Assembly (NCBI GenBank): GCA_964576715.1
Contig: CAZNWE010000004.1
Span: 13,681-77,680, forward strand
Origin: an uncultured Geminicoccaceae bacterium
GTDB taxonomy: Bacteria; Pseudomonadota; Alphaproteobacteria; Geminicoccales; Geminicoccaceae
Length of the DNA stretch: 64,000 nucleotides
Reading direction: 5' to 3'
Shown one piece after another: positions 10,951 to 21,063 of the stretch (positions are counted from its first letter, which is position 1; each line of letters begins with the position of its first letter). A model generated the notes under the pieces. That model saw only the letters and a list, made by a program, of their open reading frames with translations. It had not been told where the DNA came from and searched no databases. The translations under genes were made by a program, and so were the position numbers.

Positions 10951-11829
10951 GTGCGCGCGGCGGTGCCGGCCGAGACTTGGCTGTTCCTCGCGGTTGCCGT
11001 CGCGACGGTGCCAGCCATGGTCGTCTTCGAGCCGGGCCCGGCGGCACAGGCATTGGTTCTCGCACCTGTCGTGGCACTCCTCGGCCTGCCGCACGGCGGC
11101 CTCGACCTGCACTTGGCACGGGCACTTTGGCCGCTGCCGCACGCCCGCCAGCTCGTCCTGTTTGCGCTTGCCTACCTCGGGCTGGCGGCTGCCGTGCTAG
11201 GCATTTGGTGGCAGGCCCCGGGCATCGCACTCGCCGCGTTCCTGCTCTATTCGGCGCTGCACTTCGGCGGCGACTGGCGGGCGGCCCTGCCGCTTCCGTC
11301 GCGCTTCCTCGCCGGCTCGATGGTGGTCGGCCTGCCCGCCCTCGCCTGGCCTGCCGAGGTCGCCTTGATCTTCACGGTGCTGGCCCCGGCGGGCGCGGCG
11401 GAGGCGGCGATGGCCGTGATGCGCGGCATCGTCCTCGTGGCCGGCCCGCTGCTCGCCTTGGTGTGGTGGCGATCGTGCCGGCACCGACCGGCCGCGTTGG
11501 TCGCGGTGGGCGAATGGGGCACGCTCGTCGCAGCCGCCCTGCTTCTGCCGCCGCTGATGTACTTCCTCGTCTACTTCTGCTTCCTGCACGCACCGCGGCA
11601 CCTCAGGGACGCGTCGCAAGAGCTCGCTTTGACGCTGGGCCAGGCGATCCGCGCCGCCCTGCCACTGACCCTGGCAAGCTGGGCCCTGGCCGTCATCGCT
11701 CTCTATTGGCTCCGAGCGTCCGGCCTGGAACCCACCGCATCCACCCTCAATCTCGTCTTCGTCGGCCTCGCCGCTCTCGCTGTCCCGCACATGATCCTCG
11801 TCGAGCGCTTCTGGACCAGGTCCGCCTGA
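10951..11829 (+). CDS. blh: Beta-carotene 15,15'-dioxygenase, Brp/Blh family (retinal synthesis)
   Basis: Membrane protein with four conserved His boxes: LGLPHGGLDL, SALHFGGDW, FLHAPRHL, AVPHMILVE. The GTG start lies 2 nt after the crtY stop. Confidence 0.85.
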   Translation: MRAAVPAETWLFLAVAVATVPAMVVFEPGPAAQALVLAPVVALLGLPHGGLDLHLARALWPLPHARQLVLFALAYLGLAAAVLGIWWQAPGIALAAFLLYSALHFGGDWRAALPLPSRFLAGSMVVGLPALAWPAEVALIFTVLAPAGAAEAAMAVMRGIVLVAGPLLALVWWRSCRHRPAALVAVGEWGTLVAAALLLPPLMYFLVYFCFLHAPRHLRDASQELALTLGQAIRAALPLTLASWALAVIALYWLRASGLEPTASTLNLVFVGLAALAVPHMILVERFWTRSA

Positions 11830-12076
11830 CTCTGGCGCGCCTCATCCTGGCGCGCCGCACCGGCAAGATAGCTCCCTGGTCGCGCGACTTCGGGGCGGTA
11901 TCTGAACCAACCGTGGGGCCGTGCGCCGTCGGCTCCGGCCGATCGCCGAAGCCGGGCGACACGGGCCTGCCGGACGGCCGCCAGTGTGGCCACGGCAGTG
12001 GTCGGCGCCAGGTTGCGGCGCAGCCGACACCGTCCCCGACCAGCGGGGGAGAGGCGCGCTTTCCCGTCGCTACTCC

Positions 12077-14233
12077 CTACAGGCCACCGCCGGCCTTCTT
12101 CTCCAGCCGGCGCTTGTGCAGCACCGGTTCCGTGTAGCCCGACGGCAACTCGTTGCCCATGAACACCAGGTCGCAGGCGGCCTGGAAGGCGATGCCGTCG
12201 AACCCCGGCGCCATCGGCCGATAGGCGGGATCGCCGACGTTCTGCCGGTCCACCACCACCGCCATCTTCCGCATGATGGCCATGACCTCGTCGCGGCCGA
12301 CCACCCCGTGATGCAGCCAGTTGGCGATGTGCTGGGCCGAGATACGGCAGGTGGCACGGTCCTCCATCAGACCCACGTCGTTGATGTCCGGCACCTTCGA
12401 GCAGCCGATACCCTGGTCGATCCAGCGCACCACGTAGCCGAGAATGCCTTGCGCGTTGTTCTCCACCTCGCGGACGATCTGCTCCCGGGTCCATTTGCGA
12501 TAGCTCGCGGTCGGAATGTCGAGCAGCGCGTCGACATAGGCCCGTCGGCCGCCCTTGCGCAACGCCGTCTGCACCGCGAAGACGTCGATCTTGTGATAAT
12601 GCAGCGCGTGCAGCGTCGCCGCCGTCGGGCTCGGGACCCAGGCACAATTGGCCCCGGCCTTCGGATGCTCGATCTTGGCCTCCAGCATCGCCGCCATCCG
12701 GTCCGGCATCGCCCACATCCCCTTGCCGATCTGCGCCTTGCCCGAGAGGCCGCACTCGAGGCCGATATCGACGTTCTGGTTCTCGTATGCCGTGATCCAG
12801 GCCTTGCGTCGGATGAAGTCCTTGCGGCTGAACGGGTCCGCCTCCATCGAGGTGTGGATCTCGTCGCCGGTCCGATCGAGAAAGCCGGTATTGATGAAGG
12901 CACAGCGGTGGGTCGCCGCCCGGATGCATTCCTTGAGATTGACGCTGGTTCGCCGCTCCTCGTCCATGATCCCGAGCTTCACCGTGTGGCGGGGGAGACC
13001 GAGCACCGCCTCGACCCGGGTCAGCGTCTCGTCCGCGAACGCCACCTCCTCCGGCCCGTGCATCTTGGGCTTGACGACGTAGACCGAGCCGGTGACCGAG
13101 TTGCGCGACCCTTCGGTCTTTTGCAGGTCGTGCATGGCGATAAGCACGGTGATCATCGCATCCATCAGCCCCTCGAACACCTCGTTCCCGTAGCGGTCGA
13201 GAATGGCCGGGTTGGTCATCAGATGGCCGACGTTTCGTACCAGCATCAAGGCCCGCCCCTTGACCCTGACCTCGCTGCCATCCCGGGCGAAGAACACCTT
13301 GTCCGGGGCGAGGCTGCGGGTCAGCGGTTTGCCGCTCTTCTCGAACGTCGCCTGCAGCTGCCCACGCATCAGCCCGAGCCAGTTGCGATAGGCTTCGACC
13401 TTCTCCTGGGCATCGACGCAGGCGACCGAATCCTCGAAATCCATGATCGCGGTCACGGCACTCTCGAGCCGCAGGTCGGCGAGGCCGCACTGGTCACGCG
13501 CCCCGATCGGGTGGGTGCGGTCGAAAACGAGCTCGACATGCAGGCCGTTATTACGGAGCAGCACCGCATCCGGGGCGCGCGGATGGCCGCGATAGCCGAT
13601 GAACTTCTCGGGCTCCAGGAGCGGCAGCTCGTCGACCAAGAGCCCCTCGCGCCGCACGTGGTAGCGTCTGGCATCGGCGTGGCTGGTCCCGGACAAGGGG
13701 AAAGCCTCGTCCAGAAACACCCGAGACCTCGCGACTACCCGGGCCCCCCGCCCCCGGTCATATCCACCCGAGGGCGGCGGGCCGCCCATCGCATCGGTGC
13801 CGTAGAGCCCGTCATAGAGGCTACCCCATCGCGCATTGGCGGCGTTCAGGGCATAGCGCGCATTGGTGATCGGCACGACCAGCTGCGGCCCCGGCACGGT
13901 CGCGATTTCGGGATCGACATCGGCCGTCTGGATGGTGAAGGCCGCGCCCTCGGGCACGAGATAGCCGATCTCCGCCAAGAACGCCTTGTAGGCCTCATGA
14001 TCGTGCGGCTTACCGCGCCGCTCGATGTGCCAGGCGTCGATCTGTGCCTGAAGCGTTCCTCGCTGCCGCAGCAGCTCGGCATTCCTGGGCCCGAACGCAT
14101 GTACGAGGTCCGAAAACCCGCGCCAGAAAGCCTGCGGTTCGACCCCTGTCCCCGGCAACGCTTCCCCCTCGAGAAACGCCGCGAGCCCGGCCGCCACCCG
14201 CAGTTCGTCGCGAACCACCATCGATCGATCCAT
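12077..14233 (-). CDS. glcB: Malate synthase G
   Basis: 718 aa. Long collinear match to the GlcB pattern ([73 protein letters not shown]). Start at ATG 14233 (MDRSMVV), preceded by GGGGGGAAG. Confidence 0.95.
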   Translation of the reverse strand: MDRSMVVRDELRVAAGLAAFLEGEALPGTGVEPQAFWRGFSDLVHAFGPRNAELLRQRGTLQAQIDAWHIERRGKPHDHEAYKAFLAEIGYLVPEGAAFTIQTADVDPEIATVPGPQLVVPITNARYALNAANARWGSLYDGLYGTDAMGGPPPSGGYDRGRGARVVARSRVFLDEAFPLSGTSHADARRYHVRREGLLVDELPLLEPEKFIGYRGHPRAPDAVLLRNNGLHVELVFDRTHPIGARDQCGLADLRLESAVTAIMDFEDSVACVDAQEKVEAYRNWLGLMRGQLQATFEKSGKPLTRSLAPDKVFFARDGSEVRVKGRALMLVRNVGHLMTNPAILDRYGNEVFEGLMDAMITVLIAMHDLQKTEGSRNSVTGSVYVVKPKMHGPEEVAFADETLTRVEAVLGLPRHTVKLGIMDEERRTSVNLKECIRAATHRCAFINTGFLDRTGDEIHTSMEADPFSRKDFIRRKAWITAYENQNVDIGLECGLSGKAQIGKGMWAMPDRMAAMLEAKIEHPKAGANCAWVPSPTAATLHALHYHKIDVFAVQTALRKGGRRAYVDALLDIPTASYRKWTREQIVREVENNAQGILGYVVRWIDQGIGCSKVPDINDVGLMEDRATCRISAQHIANWLHHGVVGRDEVMAIMRKMAVVVDRQNVGDPAYRPMAPGFDGIAFQAACDLVFMGNELPSGYTEPVLHKRRLEKKAGGGL

Positions 14234-14836
14234 GCTTCCCCCCAATCCTCGCCGGCCGGCCCGAACAAGCGCGCACCCGCCCGTCTGTTTTACCGTAGCG
14301 AGCCCGCCGTGGCGACCCGGGGACAGGTGGAGGCCAGTCCATGCCGCGTAACCGGCCTTGCCGAACCGCCATCGGAGGTGCCGGTCCAGCGGGTGACGGT
14401 GCATGGCTCGTCAGCAACGACTGATGGCAGCGTCGCCCAGCGTATCATGTTCACGTCGGCGATCTGGCCGAAATGGACCTGCCGGACCTCTGGCCGGGGC
14501 GCGATGCCGATTCCCTGTTGGCGCAAAGAGGCGATCGGCGACTTTCAGGAGGCTTTTGGCGATCGCCCGGCTGGTGCAGGAATGCCGGCGAAATACGATC
14601 GCGGGCAAGATCGCCTCGAGATCGGCTTTGATAGGATGACAGCTCTCAGCGATCAGCCTTCGCCAGTGAGCGTCAACGCTCGTCCCTGGTGCCAACAACC
14701 GACAGCACGGGCGAAATCATCTTGCTTCAGCCAACATCATCGGTGCCGCTCAAGGTCCGCCGGAGCCCGAGCAGGCCAGCCAATGCTCGAGATCGGGTTG
14801 ACGATACGGTAGAGATCGGACCAGCAGAGCGCCGGC

Positions 14837-15958
14837 CTAGGCGTTCGGGAAGAGGAACTCGCGGCCGACCTTGACCCGATTCTCCCCGTCATAGCTGACA
14901 ACATCGGCGGTGGCGTAGGTTTCACTCCAGCTCTCGGGCAGGTAGGAACCCGTGCCGATGACATCGATCGGTGCCTTCACGCTGGCCATGAGCTTGCATT
15001 TCGACGGGTTGAAGCCGGAGCTGGCGATCAGCTTGACCTCGTTGAAGCCGGCCTCGTCGAGCTTCTCGCGCAGGTGGAAGATGGCGGCGGCGGTGACGCC
15101 GGTTCCGGTCAGCCAGCGCAACTCGTCGTGGGTCCGGTAGGTGCGGATCGCCTCTGGCACATGGCGATCGAGGATGGCGTACGACCTTGCCGTATCGAGC
15201 CCTTCGACGAAGCGGCCGCCATGCGTGTCGAGTCGCACGCCGAGCCGGCCGGCAGCAGCGAGTTCGGGGAAGGCTGCGCAGACGGCCAAGGCATCGGTGA
15301 CCTCCCGACCGAAATAGTCGACCAGCACGTAGAGCGGGTCGTCCGGAAAGGTCGTGTGGTACATCCTGGCCGCCTCGACCGTCGAGTTGGCGTAGCCGAT
15401 CAGCGCATGCGGCATGGTGCCGAAGCCGTGCGCCTGGCCGAAAAAATGCGCGGTGGCGTCGGTGGCGTTGCCAATGAACCCTTTGGCGGCGCTCTCCCGT
15501 CGGGCCCGGGCTGAGCCCACGGAGGCGGCATAGGCCATCATCTCGGCCATCTCGGCACCGGCGCAGTGCCGGGCATCCATAGCGAGGAAGCCGACATAAG
15601 GGAGGTCGGTGCACATGGTGTAGGCGTTGAAGGCCGCAACGCAAGCCGGCCCAAGCTTCTGTAGGAACATCGTCTCCAGGTCGACCAGGTGGCGGAACGA
15701 GCCCTTCAGGTAGAGCATCGGCTCGCCGGCTCCCACCCAGCCGCCTTCGGGAAAGCGCTGGTCGATCTCGATCGCCGCGCCCCGCTCGGCCGCAACCGCC
15801 GCGAGCCAGTCTACGGCGAGCCGCGGCGTGCAGAGCACCGGCCGTCGCATGAACACGGCGTAGGTGACCATGGCGTCACCGAAGCGTTCGATAATCGCCC
15901 GCGTCTTGTCGAAGTATTTGTCGGTGAAGCGGGCGACGTCACTGTTGCTGGGGGTCAC
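14837..15958 (-). CDS. Nicotinate phosphoribosyltransferase-family protein
   Basis: 373 aa. N-terminus FTDKYFDKTRAIIERFG, mid region MPHALIGY, and LDTHGGRF and IASSGFN segments typical of the short (archaeal-type) NAPRTase/QPRTase fold. Confidence 0.72.
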   Translation of the reverse strand: MTPSNSDVARFTDKYFDKTRAIIERFGDAMVTYAVFMRRPVLCTPRLAVDWLAAVAAERGAAIEIDQRFPEGGWVGAGEPMLYLKGSFRHLVDLETMFLQKLGPACVAAFNAYTMCTDLPYVGFLAMDARHCAGAEMAEMMAYAASVGSARARRESAAKGFIGNATDATAHFFGQAHGFGTMPHALIGYANSTVEAARMYHTTFPDDPLYVLVDYFGREVTDALAVCAAFPELAAAGRLGVRLDTHGGRFVEGLDTARSYAILDRHVPEAIRTYRTHDELRWLTGTGVTAAAIFHLREKLDEAGFNEVKLIASSGFNPSKCKLMASVKAPIDVIGTGSYLPESWSETYATADVVSYDGENRVKVGREFLFPNA

Positions 15959-15959
15959 G

Positions 15960-17330
15960 TCAGGATGCTTTGCTCAGGGCCTGTCGTTCCTGCTTCAATG
16001 CCGCGGCCATCAGGAAGGCGAGCTCGAGGCTCTGCTGGGCGTTTAGCCTGGGGTCGCAATAGGTGTGGTAGCGATCCTGGAGCACGGCATCGGTGATCGC
16101 CTGCGCCCCGCCGGTGCACTCGGTGACGTCCTGGCCGGTCATCTCGAGATGGATACCGCCTGCATGGGTCCCCTCTGCCCGATGAACCGCGAAGAAGCTC
16201 CTGACCTCGGCGAGGATGCGATCGAACGGCCTCGTCTTGTAGCCGGTCGACGACTTGACCGTGTTGCCGTGCATCGGATCACAGGCCCAGACGACGTGCC
16301 GGCCCTCGCGCTTGAGCGCCCTGACGAGGGGTGGCAGGTGGCGCTCGACCAGCTCGTGCCCCATGCGCGCGATCACGGTGAGCCGGCCTGGCCGGTTCTC
16401 CGGATTGAGCACGTCGCACAAGCGCAAGAGGTCACTCTCCGGCATTGTCGGGCCGGCCTTTAGCCCCAACGGATTGGCGATGCCTCGGCAATACTCGACA
16501 TGCGCCCCATCGAGCTGGCGGGTGCGGTCGCCGATCCAGAGCAGATGTGCTGAGGTATCGTACCATCGTCCGGAGGTCGAATCGATCCGGGTCAACGCCT
16601 CCTCGAAACCGAGCAGCAACGCTTCGTGGCTGGTGTAGAGGTTGGTCCGGGTGATTTCGGGCGTGGTCAGGTCGGTGACCCCGCAGGCACGCATGAAACG
16701 CAAGGCCTCAGTGATCTGGTCGGCGAACGCGCGATAGCGATCGGCCTCTGGCGAGTGGTCGAGAAAGCCGAGCGTCCATTCGTGCACCCGGGTCAGCGCC
16801 GCATAGCCCCCTTGGGTGAAGGCGCGAAGCAGGTTGAGCGTGGCAGCGGCCTGGCTGTAGGCTTGCAGCTGGCGTGCAGGGTCGGGTACCCGATCCTTCG
16901 CCACGAAGTCGAGCCCGTTGACGATGTCGCCGCGATAGGCGGGCAGCTCGACCTCGCCAACCCGCTCCATCGGCGCCGAGCGCGGCTTGGCGAACTGGCC
17001 CGCGAGCCGCCCCACCTTGACCACGCTCATCCCGCCGCCATACGTGAGGACTACGGCCATTTGCAGCAGGACGCGGAGCGTGTCGCGGATCTTGTCGGCA
17101 TTGAAATCGGCGAAAGACTCGGCGCAATCGCCGCCCTGCAGCAGAAACGCCTCGCCCCCGGCGACCCTGGCGAGCTCTTCTTGCAGACGCCGCGCCTCGC
17201 CGGCGAAAACCAGGGGCGGGTAGCCGGACAGTGTCCGCTCGACCGCGGCGAGGCGGTCAACGTCCGGGTAGTCGGGCATCTGATGGCGCGTCATTCGCCG
17301 CCAGGATTGCGGTGTCCAGTTCTGGGTCAT
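15960..17330 (-). CDS. Class II 3-deoxy-7-phosphoheptulonate (DAHP) synthase
   Basis: [18 protein letters not shown]...[12 protein letters not shown]...HGNT...IHLEMTG, about 456 aa. Diagnostic of plant/actinobacterial-type class II DAHP synthase. The upstream part of ORF 15960..17936 is an Arg-rich artefact. Confidence 0.92.
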   Translation of the reverse strand: MTQNWTPQSWRRMTRHQMPDYPDVDRLAAVERTLSGYPPLVFAGEARRLQEELARVAGGEAFLLQGGDCAESFADFNADKIRDTLRVLLQMAVVLTYGGGMSVVKVGRLAGQFAKPRSAPMERVGEVELPAYRGDIVNGLDFVAKDRVPDPARQLQAYSQAAATLNLLRAFTQGGYAALTRVHEWTLGFLDHSPEADRYRAFADQITEALRFMRACGVTDLTTPEITRTNLYTSHEALLLGFEEALTRIDSTSGRWYDTSAHLLWIGDRTRQLDGAHVEYCRGIANPLGLKAGPTMPESDLLRLCDVLNPENRPGRLTVIARMGHELVERHLPPLVRALKREGRHVVWACDPMHGNTVKSSTGYKTRPFDRILAEVRSFFAVHRAEGTHAGGIHLEMTGQDVTECTGGAQAITDAVLQDRYHTYCDPRLNAQQSLELAFLMAAALKQERQALSKAS

Positions 17331-17353
17331 GCCCGTTGGTTCCTCGTCGACCG

Positions 17354-18751
17354 TCAGCGTTCGGCCGGCTGATAAAGCGTGACGAATTCCTCCGCGGCCG
17401 ACGGGTGCACGCCGACCGTTGCGTCGAATTGCGCCTTCGTGGCCCCCGCCGTCAAGGCAATGGCGAGGCCCTGAATGATCTCCGCTGCATCGTCGCCGAC
17501 CATCGCACAGCCGAGGACCCGATCGGTTTCGGCATCGACGACGACCTTCATGTAGGTGCGATTCTCGTCGCCGGTGAGCGTGTAGAGCATCGGCCGAAAG
17601 CGCGTCTCGAAGACTTGCACCTGGTGGCCGCGACGGCGCGCCGCCGCCTCGGAGAAGCCCACCGATGCCGCCTGAGGCAAGCCGAAAATGGCGGTCGGGA
17701 TGCTGGTGTAGGCGAGCTCGTGCGGGTTGTCGTTGAACAGCGTCTCGGCGATGACCCGTCCTTCGGCAATGGCGACGGGCGTGAGGTCGTGCTGGCCGGA
17801 ATCCAGTCCGGCACCGGTATGGTCGCTGCAGTCGCCGACCGCAAAAAGACCCTCGACATTGGTCTGGTAGGTCTTGTCGACGTGCACGGCACCGCTCGGG
17901 TCCATCGCCACACCGAGCTCGGCGAGGCCGAGCCAACTGGTGTTCGGCAACGGCGGCCGACCCGTGGCGTAGACTATCCGGTCCGCCGCGATCGACCCGC
18001 TCGAGGTGTCGAGGCGATAGCCGTCATCGGTCTTCTCGATGCCACTCACGGTAGTGTTTCTAACGAGTTCCAGGCCATGTCGCACGAGTTCGGCGGTCAT
18101 GTGCTTGCGAAGGTCCTCGTCGAAGCCCCGAAGCGGCATGTCGGCGCGCAGGATGATCCGGGTGTCGACGCCCAACGCACTCATGATGCTCGCGAGTTCG
18201 ACGCCGATATAGCCTGCTCCGACCACGGCTAGGCGCTTTGGCATCGGGTAGACGTCCTCGAGAATCTCGTCCGAGGTCACTGTGTGGTCGATGCCGAGGA
18301 TTGCCGGCCTGGCTGGCCGGGCCCCCACCGCCACCAGCACGCGATCGGCCGTCACCGTCTCGCCCGCGACCTCGACTTGAAAATGTCCATGTTCGCGACC
18401 GGTGATGAGCGCGCGGCCGGCATGGACGGTGACCCCGGTCTGCTCGAGCATTCCGGCATAGATGCCATTGAGCCGCTGGATTTCCCGGTTGCGCGCGTCG
18501 AGCAATCCCCGAAAGTCGAGCGTCGGCGAACTCGCCAACTGCCAGCCATAGCTCTTCGCCTGCCGAAAGGCTTCGGCGAAATGGGCACCATAGTGCATCA
18601 GCTTCTTCGGCACGCAGCCGCGGATGACGCAGGTGCCGCCTAGCCTACTGGCCTCGGCCAGCCCGACCTTGGCACCATAGCCGGCCGAGCGACGGGCACA
18701 GGCCACGCCACCCGAGCCGCCACCGATCACAAACAGGTCGTAATGGGTCAT
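17354..18751 (-). CDS. gor: Glutathione-disulfide reductase
   Basis: [12 protein letters not shown], redox-active [13 protein letters not shown], second Rossmann [13 protein letters not shown]-terminal [13 protein letters not shown]. Start at ATG 18751. Confidence 0.85.
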   Translation of the reverse strand: MTHYDLFVIGGGSGGVACARRSAGYGAKVGLAEASRLGGTCVIRGCVPKKLMHYGAHFAEAFRQAKSYGWQLASSPTLDFRGLLDARNREIQRLNGIYAGMLEQTGVTVHAGRALITGREHGHFQVEVAGETVTADRVLVAVGARPARPAILGIDHTVTSDEILEDVYPMPKRLAVVGAGYIGVELASIMSALGVDTRIILRADMPLRGFDEDLRKHMTAELVRHGLELVRNTTVSGIEKTDDGYRLDTSSGSIAADRIVYATGRPPLPNTSWLGLAELGVAMDPSGAVHVDKTYQTNVEGLFAVGDCSDHTGAGLDSGQHDLTPVAIAEGRVIAETLFNDNPHELAYTSIPTAIFGLPQAASVGFSEAAARRRGHQVQVFETRFRPMLYTLTGDENRTYMKVVVDAETDRVLGCAMVGDDAAEIIQGLAIALTAGATKAQFDATVGVHPSAAEEFVTLYQPAER

Positions 18752-18880
18752 GCCCCGCCATCTTCGTTCACCAGGAGATCTTGGCACCTAGCGCGTTCGG
18801 TCGGTGCTGTCACGTCGGCGGGTGGTCACGGCTCAGTTTCGAGACGGTCCCGACAAGCGCCGGCGCTCGAAAAGGCTTGA

Positions 18881-18899
18881 CGCTCGCAATTTGCGAGCG
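18881..18899. promoter_or_regulatory. Perfect 19-bp palindrome CGCTCGCAATTTGCGAGCG overlapping a TTGACG -35-like hexamer (candidate operator)
   Basis: Read directly from the sequence. The arms CGCTCGCAA / TTGCGAGCG are exact reverse complements around a central T. TTGACG lies at 18877..18882. It sits in a lower-GC intergenic stretch after gor. Confidence 0.3.
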
Positions 18900-19015
18900 A
18901 ACGCGTGTCGATCCTTGCGTCACCAGACCGGAAGTTGACGCTGGCGTGCGCGCTGAATAGAGAGGCGCGTGCCAAGTCGGAAAAACACCGGAATTTGACC
19001 AACGCGTCCGAACTC

Positions 19016-19986
19016 ATGCTGTCGCTGTCGCAAGGCCTGAGGCGGCTGGCCTTGTCGAACAAAACCACCCTTCACGTCGCCACCGGCGCCGTCAATCTTG
19101 CCTATTTCGGGCACCGCAAGCTCGGTCTCGCTCGGGTTGGCAGCGGTGCGGCCGTGGTCGACGGCGCCGACGACGAGGCAACGCGCGGCTATCGCCGATA
19201 CCTCACCGAGTACGGGGAGATCGGCGGCTCGTTCTGGCCGGGAGCCATTGCGACCTAAGATGTGCTCCTGCGCTTTCAGTCCGGCGAAGGCGTCACCGGC
19301 CATCTGTTCGGGATCGGCGTGCTCAAAGTAAATCGGCGGCGATGCTGGCGCTGCATGCGCGGCCCGACGAGAGTCTCGCTCTGGTGGATTTGGCGCTGCG
19401 TCGCGAGGCGATAGACGTCGTCGAGTCCCTGCATCCGGCGCCCAACATCTACTTTCGAACGGTGTCACAAGAGATCTTGGCCGATCAGCGACTTGATGGT
19501 CTGCGTGGCGCCTGTCGTTGGGTGCACATTGACGGCGAGCACAGCGGCCCTGCCGTCGAGAACGACCTCGATCTTGCGGCCAGCCTGTTGGCGCCACGAG
19601 GCGTCATCTGTCTCGATGACTTCTTCACCCCTGCCTATCCGCAGATCACGCGAGCAACCTTCGATTGGCTGCACCGTCAGGGCGGCTCCTTCGCGCTTTT
19701 CCTGCTCGGCTATAACAAGTGTTACCTGTCTCGTGCCGACGACACGGCTGCCTATCTCAGTTTCGCCAAGGAGCGGATGTTGGTCGAACTCGAGCGCCGC
19801 GACTTCGCCGAGGTGACCATCTGGAAGGCCGCCGATCCCGCCGATATGAACGGCTTCGGGGTCACGCCACGTTTTCGCGGACAACGGTACAAAGGCCCCG
19901 ACTGGGCGCCGGACCGGATCGCCATCTCAAGGCAAGTGCTGCCGACCCGGTACTGGGAAGGAGCATGCCGCGAGTCAGGCGTATAG
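19016..19986 (+). pseudogene. Class I SAM-dependent methyltransferase (Methyltransf_24-like), apparently disrupted by an in-frame stop and a frameshift
   Basis: The intact ORF 19342..19986 carries the C-terminal two thirds (WVHIDGEHSGPAVENDLDLAASLLAPRGVICLDDFF). The glycine-rich SAM motif GHLFGIGVLK lies upstream in another frame (19298..19327). A 1-nt shift near 19328 would join it to KSAAMLALHA. That upstream frame also contains a TAA at 19256..19258. The 5' limit is uncertain. Confidence 0.4.
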
Positions 19987-20059
19987 CAGGGCTCGCCAAG
20001 GTCAGCCGGCTAGCGGTCATCGATTCACTTGGCGAATCTGTGGCGCGAGTCAGGCTGCC

Positions 20060-20230
20060 TCAGTTCGCCGCCAGTAGCCCCTCGACCGCGGGTGTGGCGG
20101 GGCGGTGCTGGGCGATGGCTTGCCAGCCCCGGCCCTCGTCGGCGCCGCCGAACACTGTCCCGCTCGTGTTGCCGAAATAGACGCCGGCTGGGTCGAACCG
20201 GTCGGTCGCCAGGGCCATGTGCAGCACGGA
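20060..20230 (-). pseudogene. Orphan 3'-terminal fragment paralogous to the BNR-repeat gene at 21064..22143
   Basis: The reverse strand reads ..SVLHMALATDRFDPAGVYFGNTSGTVFGGADEGRGWQAIAQHRPATPAVEGLLAAN*. The intact gene ends [55 protein letters not shown]. About 38 of 55 positions are identical by eye. There is no upstream coding continuation. Confidence 0.55.
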
Positions 20231-20256
20231 CGGGCTGCTACGCCTCGCCCTCCGGC

Positions 20257-20895
20257 TCAGTGGTCCGCCGGCTCACCGCCAAAATGCGCCCAGAACTCGT
20301 CGCGCGCATGGCTGCGCGGGAACGGGCCTTCGGGGACCGGGACCTCGAGGAACCGGCAGAGCGGTTCCCAGCCATCGGCCGGCGTGAAGATCAGCAGGCG
20401 ATCCGCAGAGATCGTAGCGCGCACCTTCTCGTTGTTGCGCCGATAGGCGGCGATGGCCGATTCGCGCTCGATGCGCGGGCCGAAGGTGTCATTGATGAGC
20501 CAGCGGTCGATGAGGTCGAAGAGGTCGGCGATGGGCGGCGGCATGGCCAAGGACGTGCGAATGTTGAAGACCTTGCCGATCGTCCCGGCGAAGCTGTTCC
20601 ACCAGTCCTCCTCGGGGCGCTCGTTGTGCAGCACCTTGGCCTCGGGAAAGGCGGTCATGGTCTGCTCCCAGACGGCGGCACCGGGCCAATCGACCTGTGC
20701 CGTGTAGCCGTCGAAAACCGCCTGCCAATCGACCGGCCCGCCTTCGGCGACGGCCTGCCAATGCGCCGGTTGCGCCGGATTGCTCATCACCTCGGTCATG
20801 TGATGGCAGGGGCCGAAGCCCAGCTGCTCGAGTGCCTGCTTGGTCGACATCGTGCCGGTCCGACCAAAGCCGGACCCGATAACCTTCAACGCCAT
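20257..20895 (-). CDS. Sulfotransferase-family protein
   Basis: N-terminal PAPS-binding-loop-like GSGFGRTGTMS, 212 aa. Overall pattern matches small soluble bacterial sulfotransferases (Sulfotransfer_4-like). Confidence 0.75.
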   Translation of the reverse strand: MALKVIGSGFGRTGTMSTKQALEQLGFGPCHHMTEVMSNPAQPAHWQAVAEGGPVDWQAVFDGYTAQVDWPGAAVWEQTMTAFPEAKVLHNERPEEDWWNSFAGTIGKVFNIRTSLAMPPPIADLFDLIDRWLINDTFGPRIERESAIAAYRRNNEKVRATISADRLLIFTPADGWEPLCRFLEVPVPEGPFPRSHARDEFWAHFGGEPADH

Positions 20896-21063
20896 GGCGA
20901 CAATCCCTTCGCGAGCTTCACCGCGCTATCACGCCGGCGCGAACCAACCGAGAGGCAGGCGGCTACTTGATCGGACCCGAAAGTGTCCGGCTCCCGGCAT
21001 CATTGGAAAAGTATCCGCGCCAATTGCCGTTGTTGTCAACGCGCCGGCCGATCCAGGGTAGCA

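Noticed and set aside
10455-12137. 560-aa plus-strand ORF overlapping the crtY end, blh and the downstream spacer
   Set aside because: Arg/Pro/Gly/Ala-rich frame overlapping the Blh frame, which carries the four His boxes. No motifs.
11703-14812. ORFs of 595 aa (11703..13490, minus) and 963 aa (11921..14812, plus) over the glcB region
   Set aside because: Out of frame or antisense to malate synthase G, whose identity is unambiguous. Compositionally aberrant.
17331-17936. N-terminal 202 codons of ORF 15960..17936 as part of the DAHP synthase
   Set aside because: Arg-rich sequence overlapping the glutathione reductase gene. Class II DAHP synthases begin at the MTQNW..QMPDYPD region.
18905-19258. 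117-aa ORF as an independent gene
   Set aside because: Its 3' part reads continuously, across a TAA, into the SAM-motif region of the downstream methyltransferase. Its 5' part is in low-GC sequence with poor coding character. Treated as part of the pseudogene.
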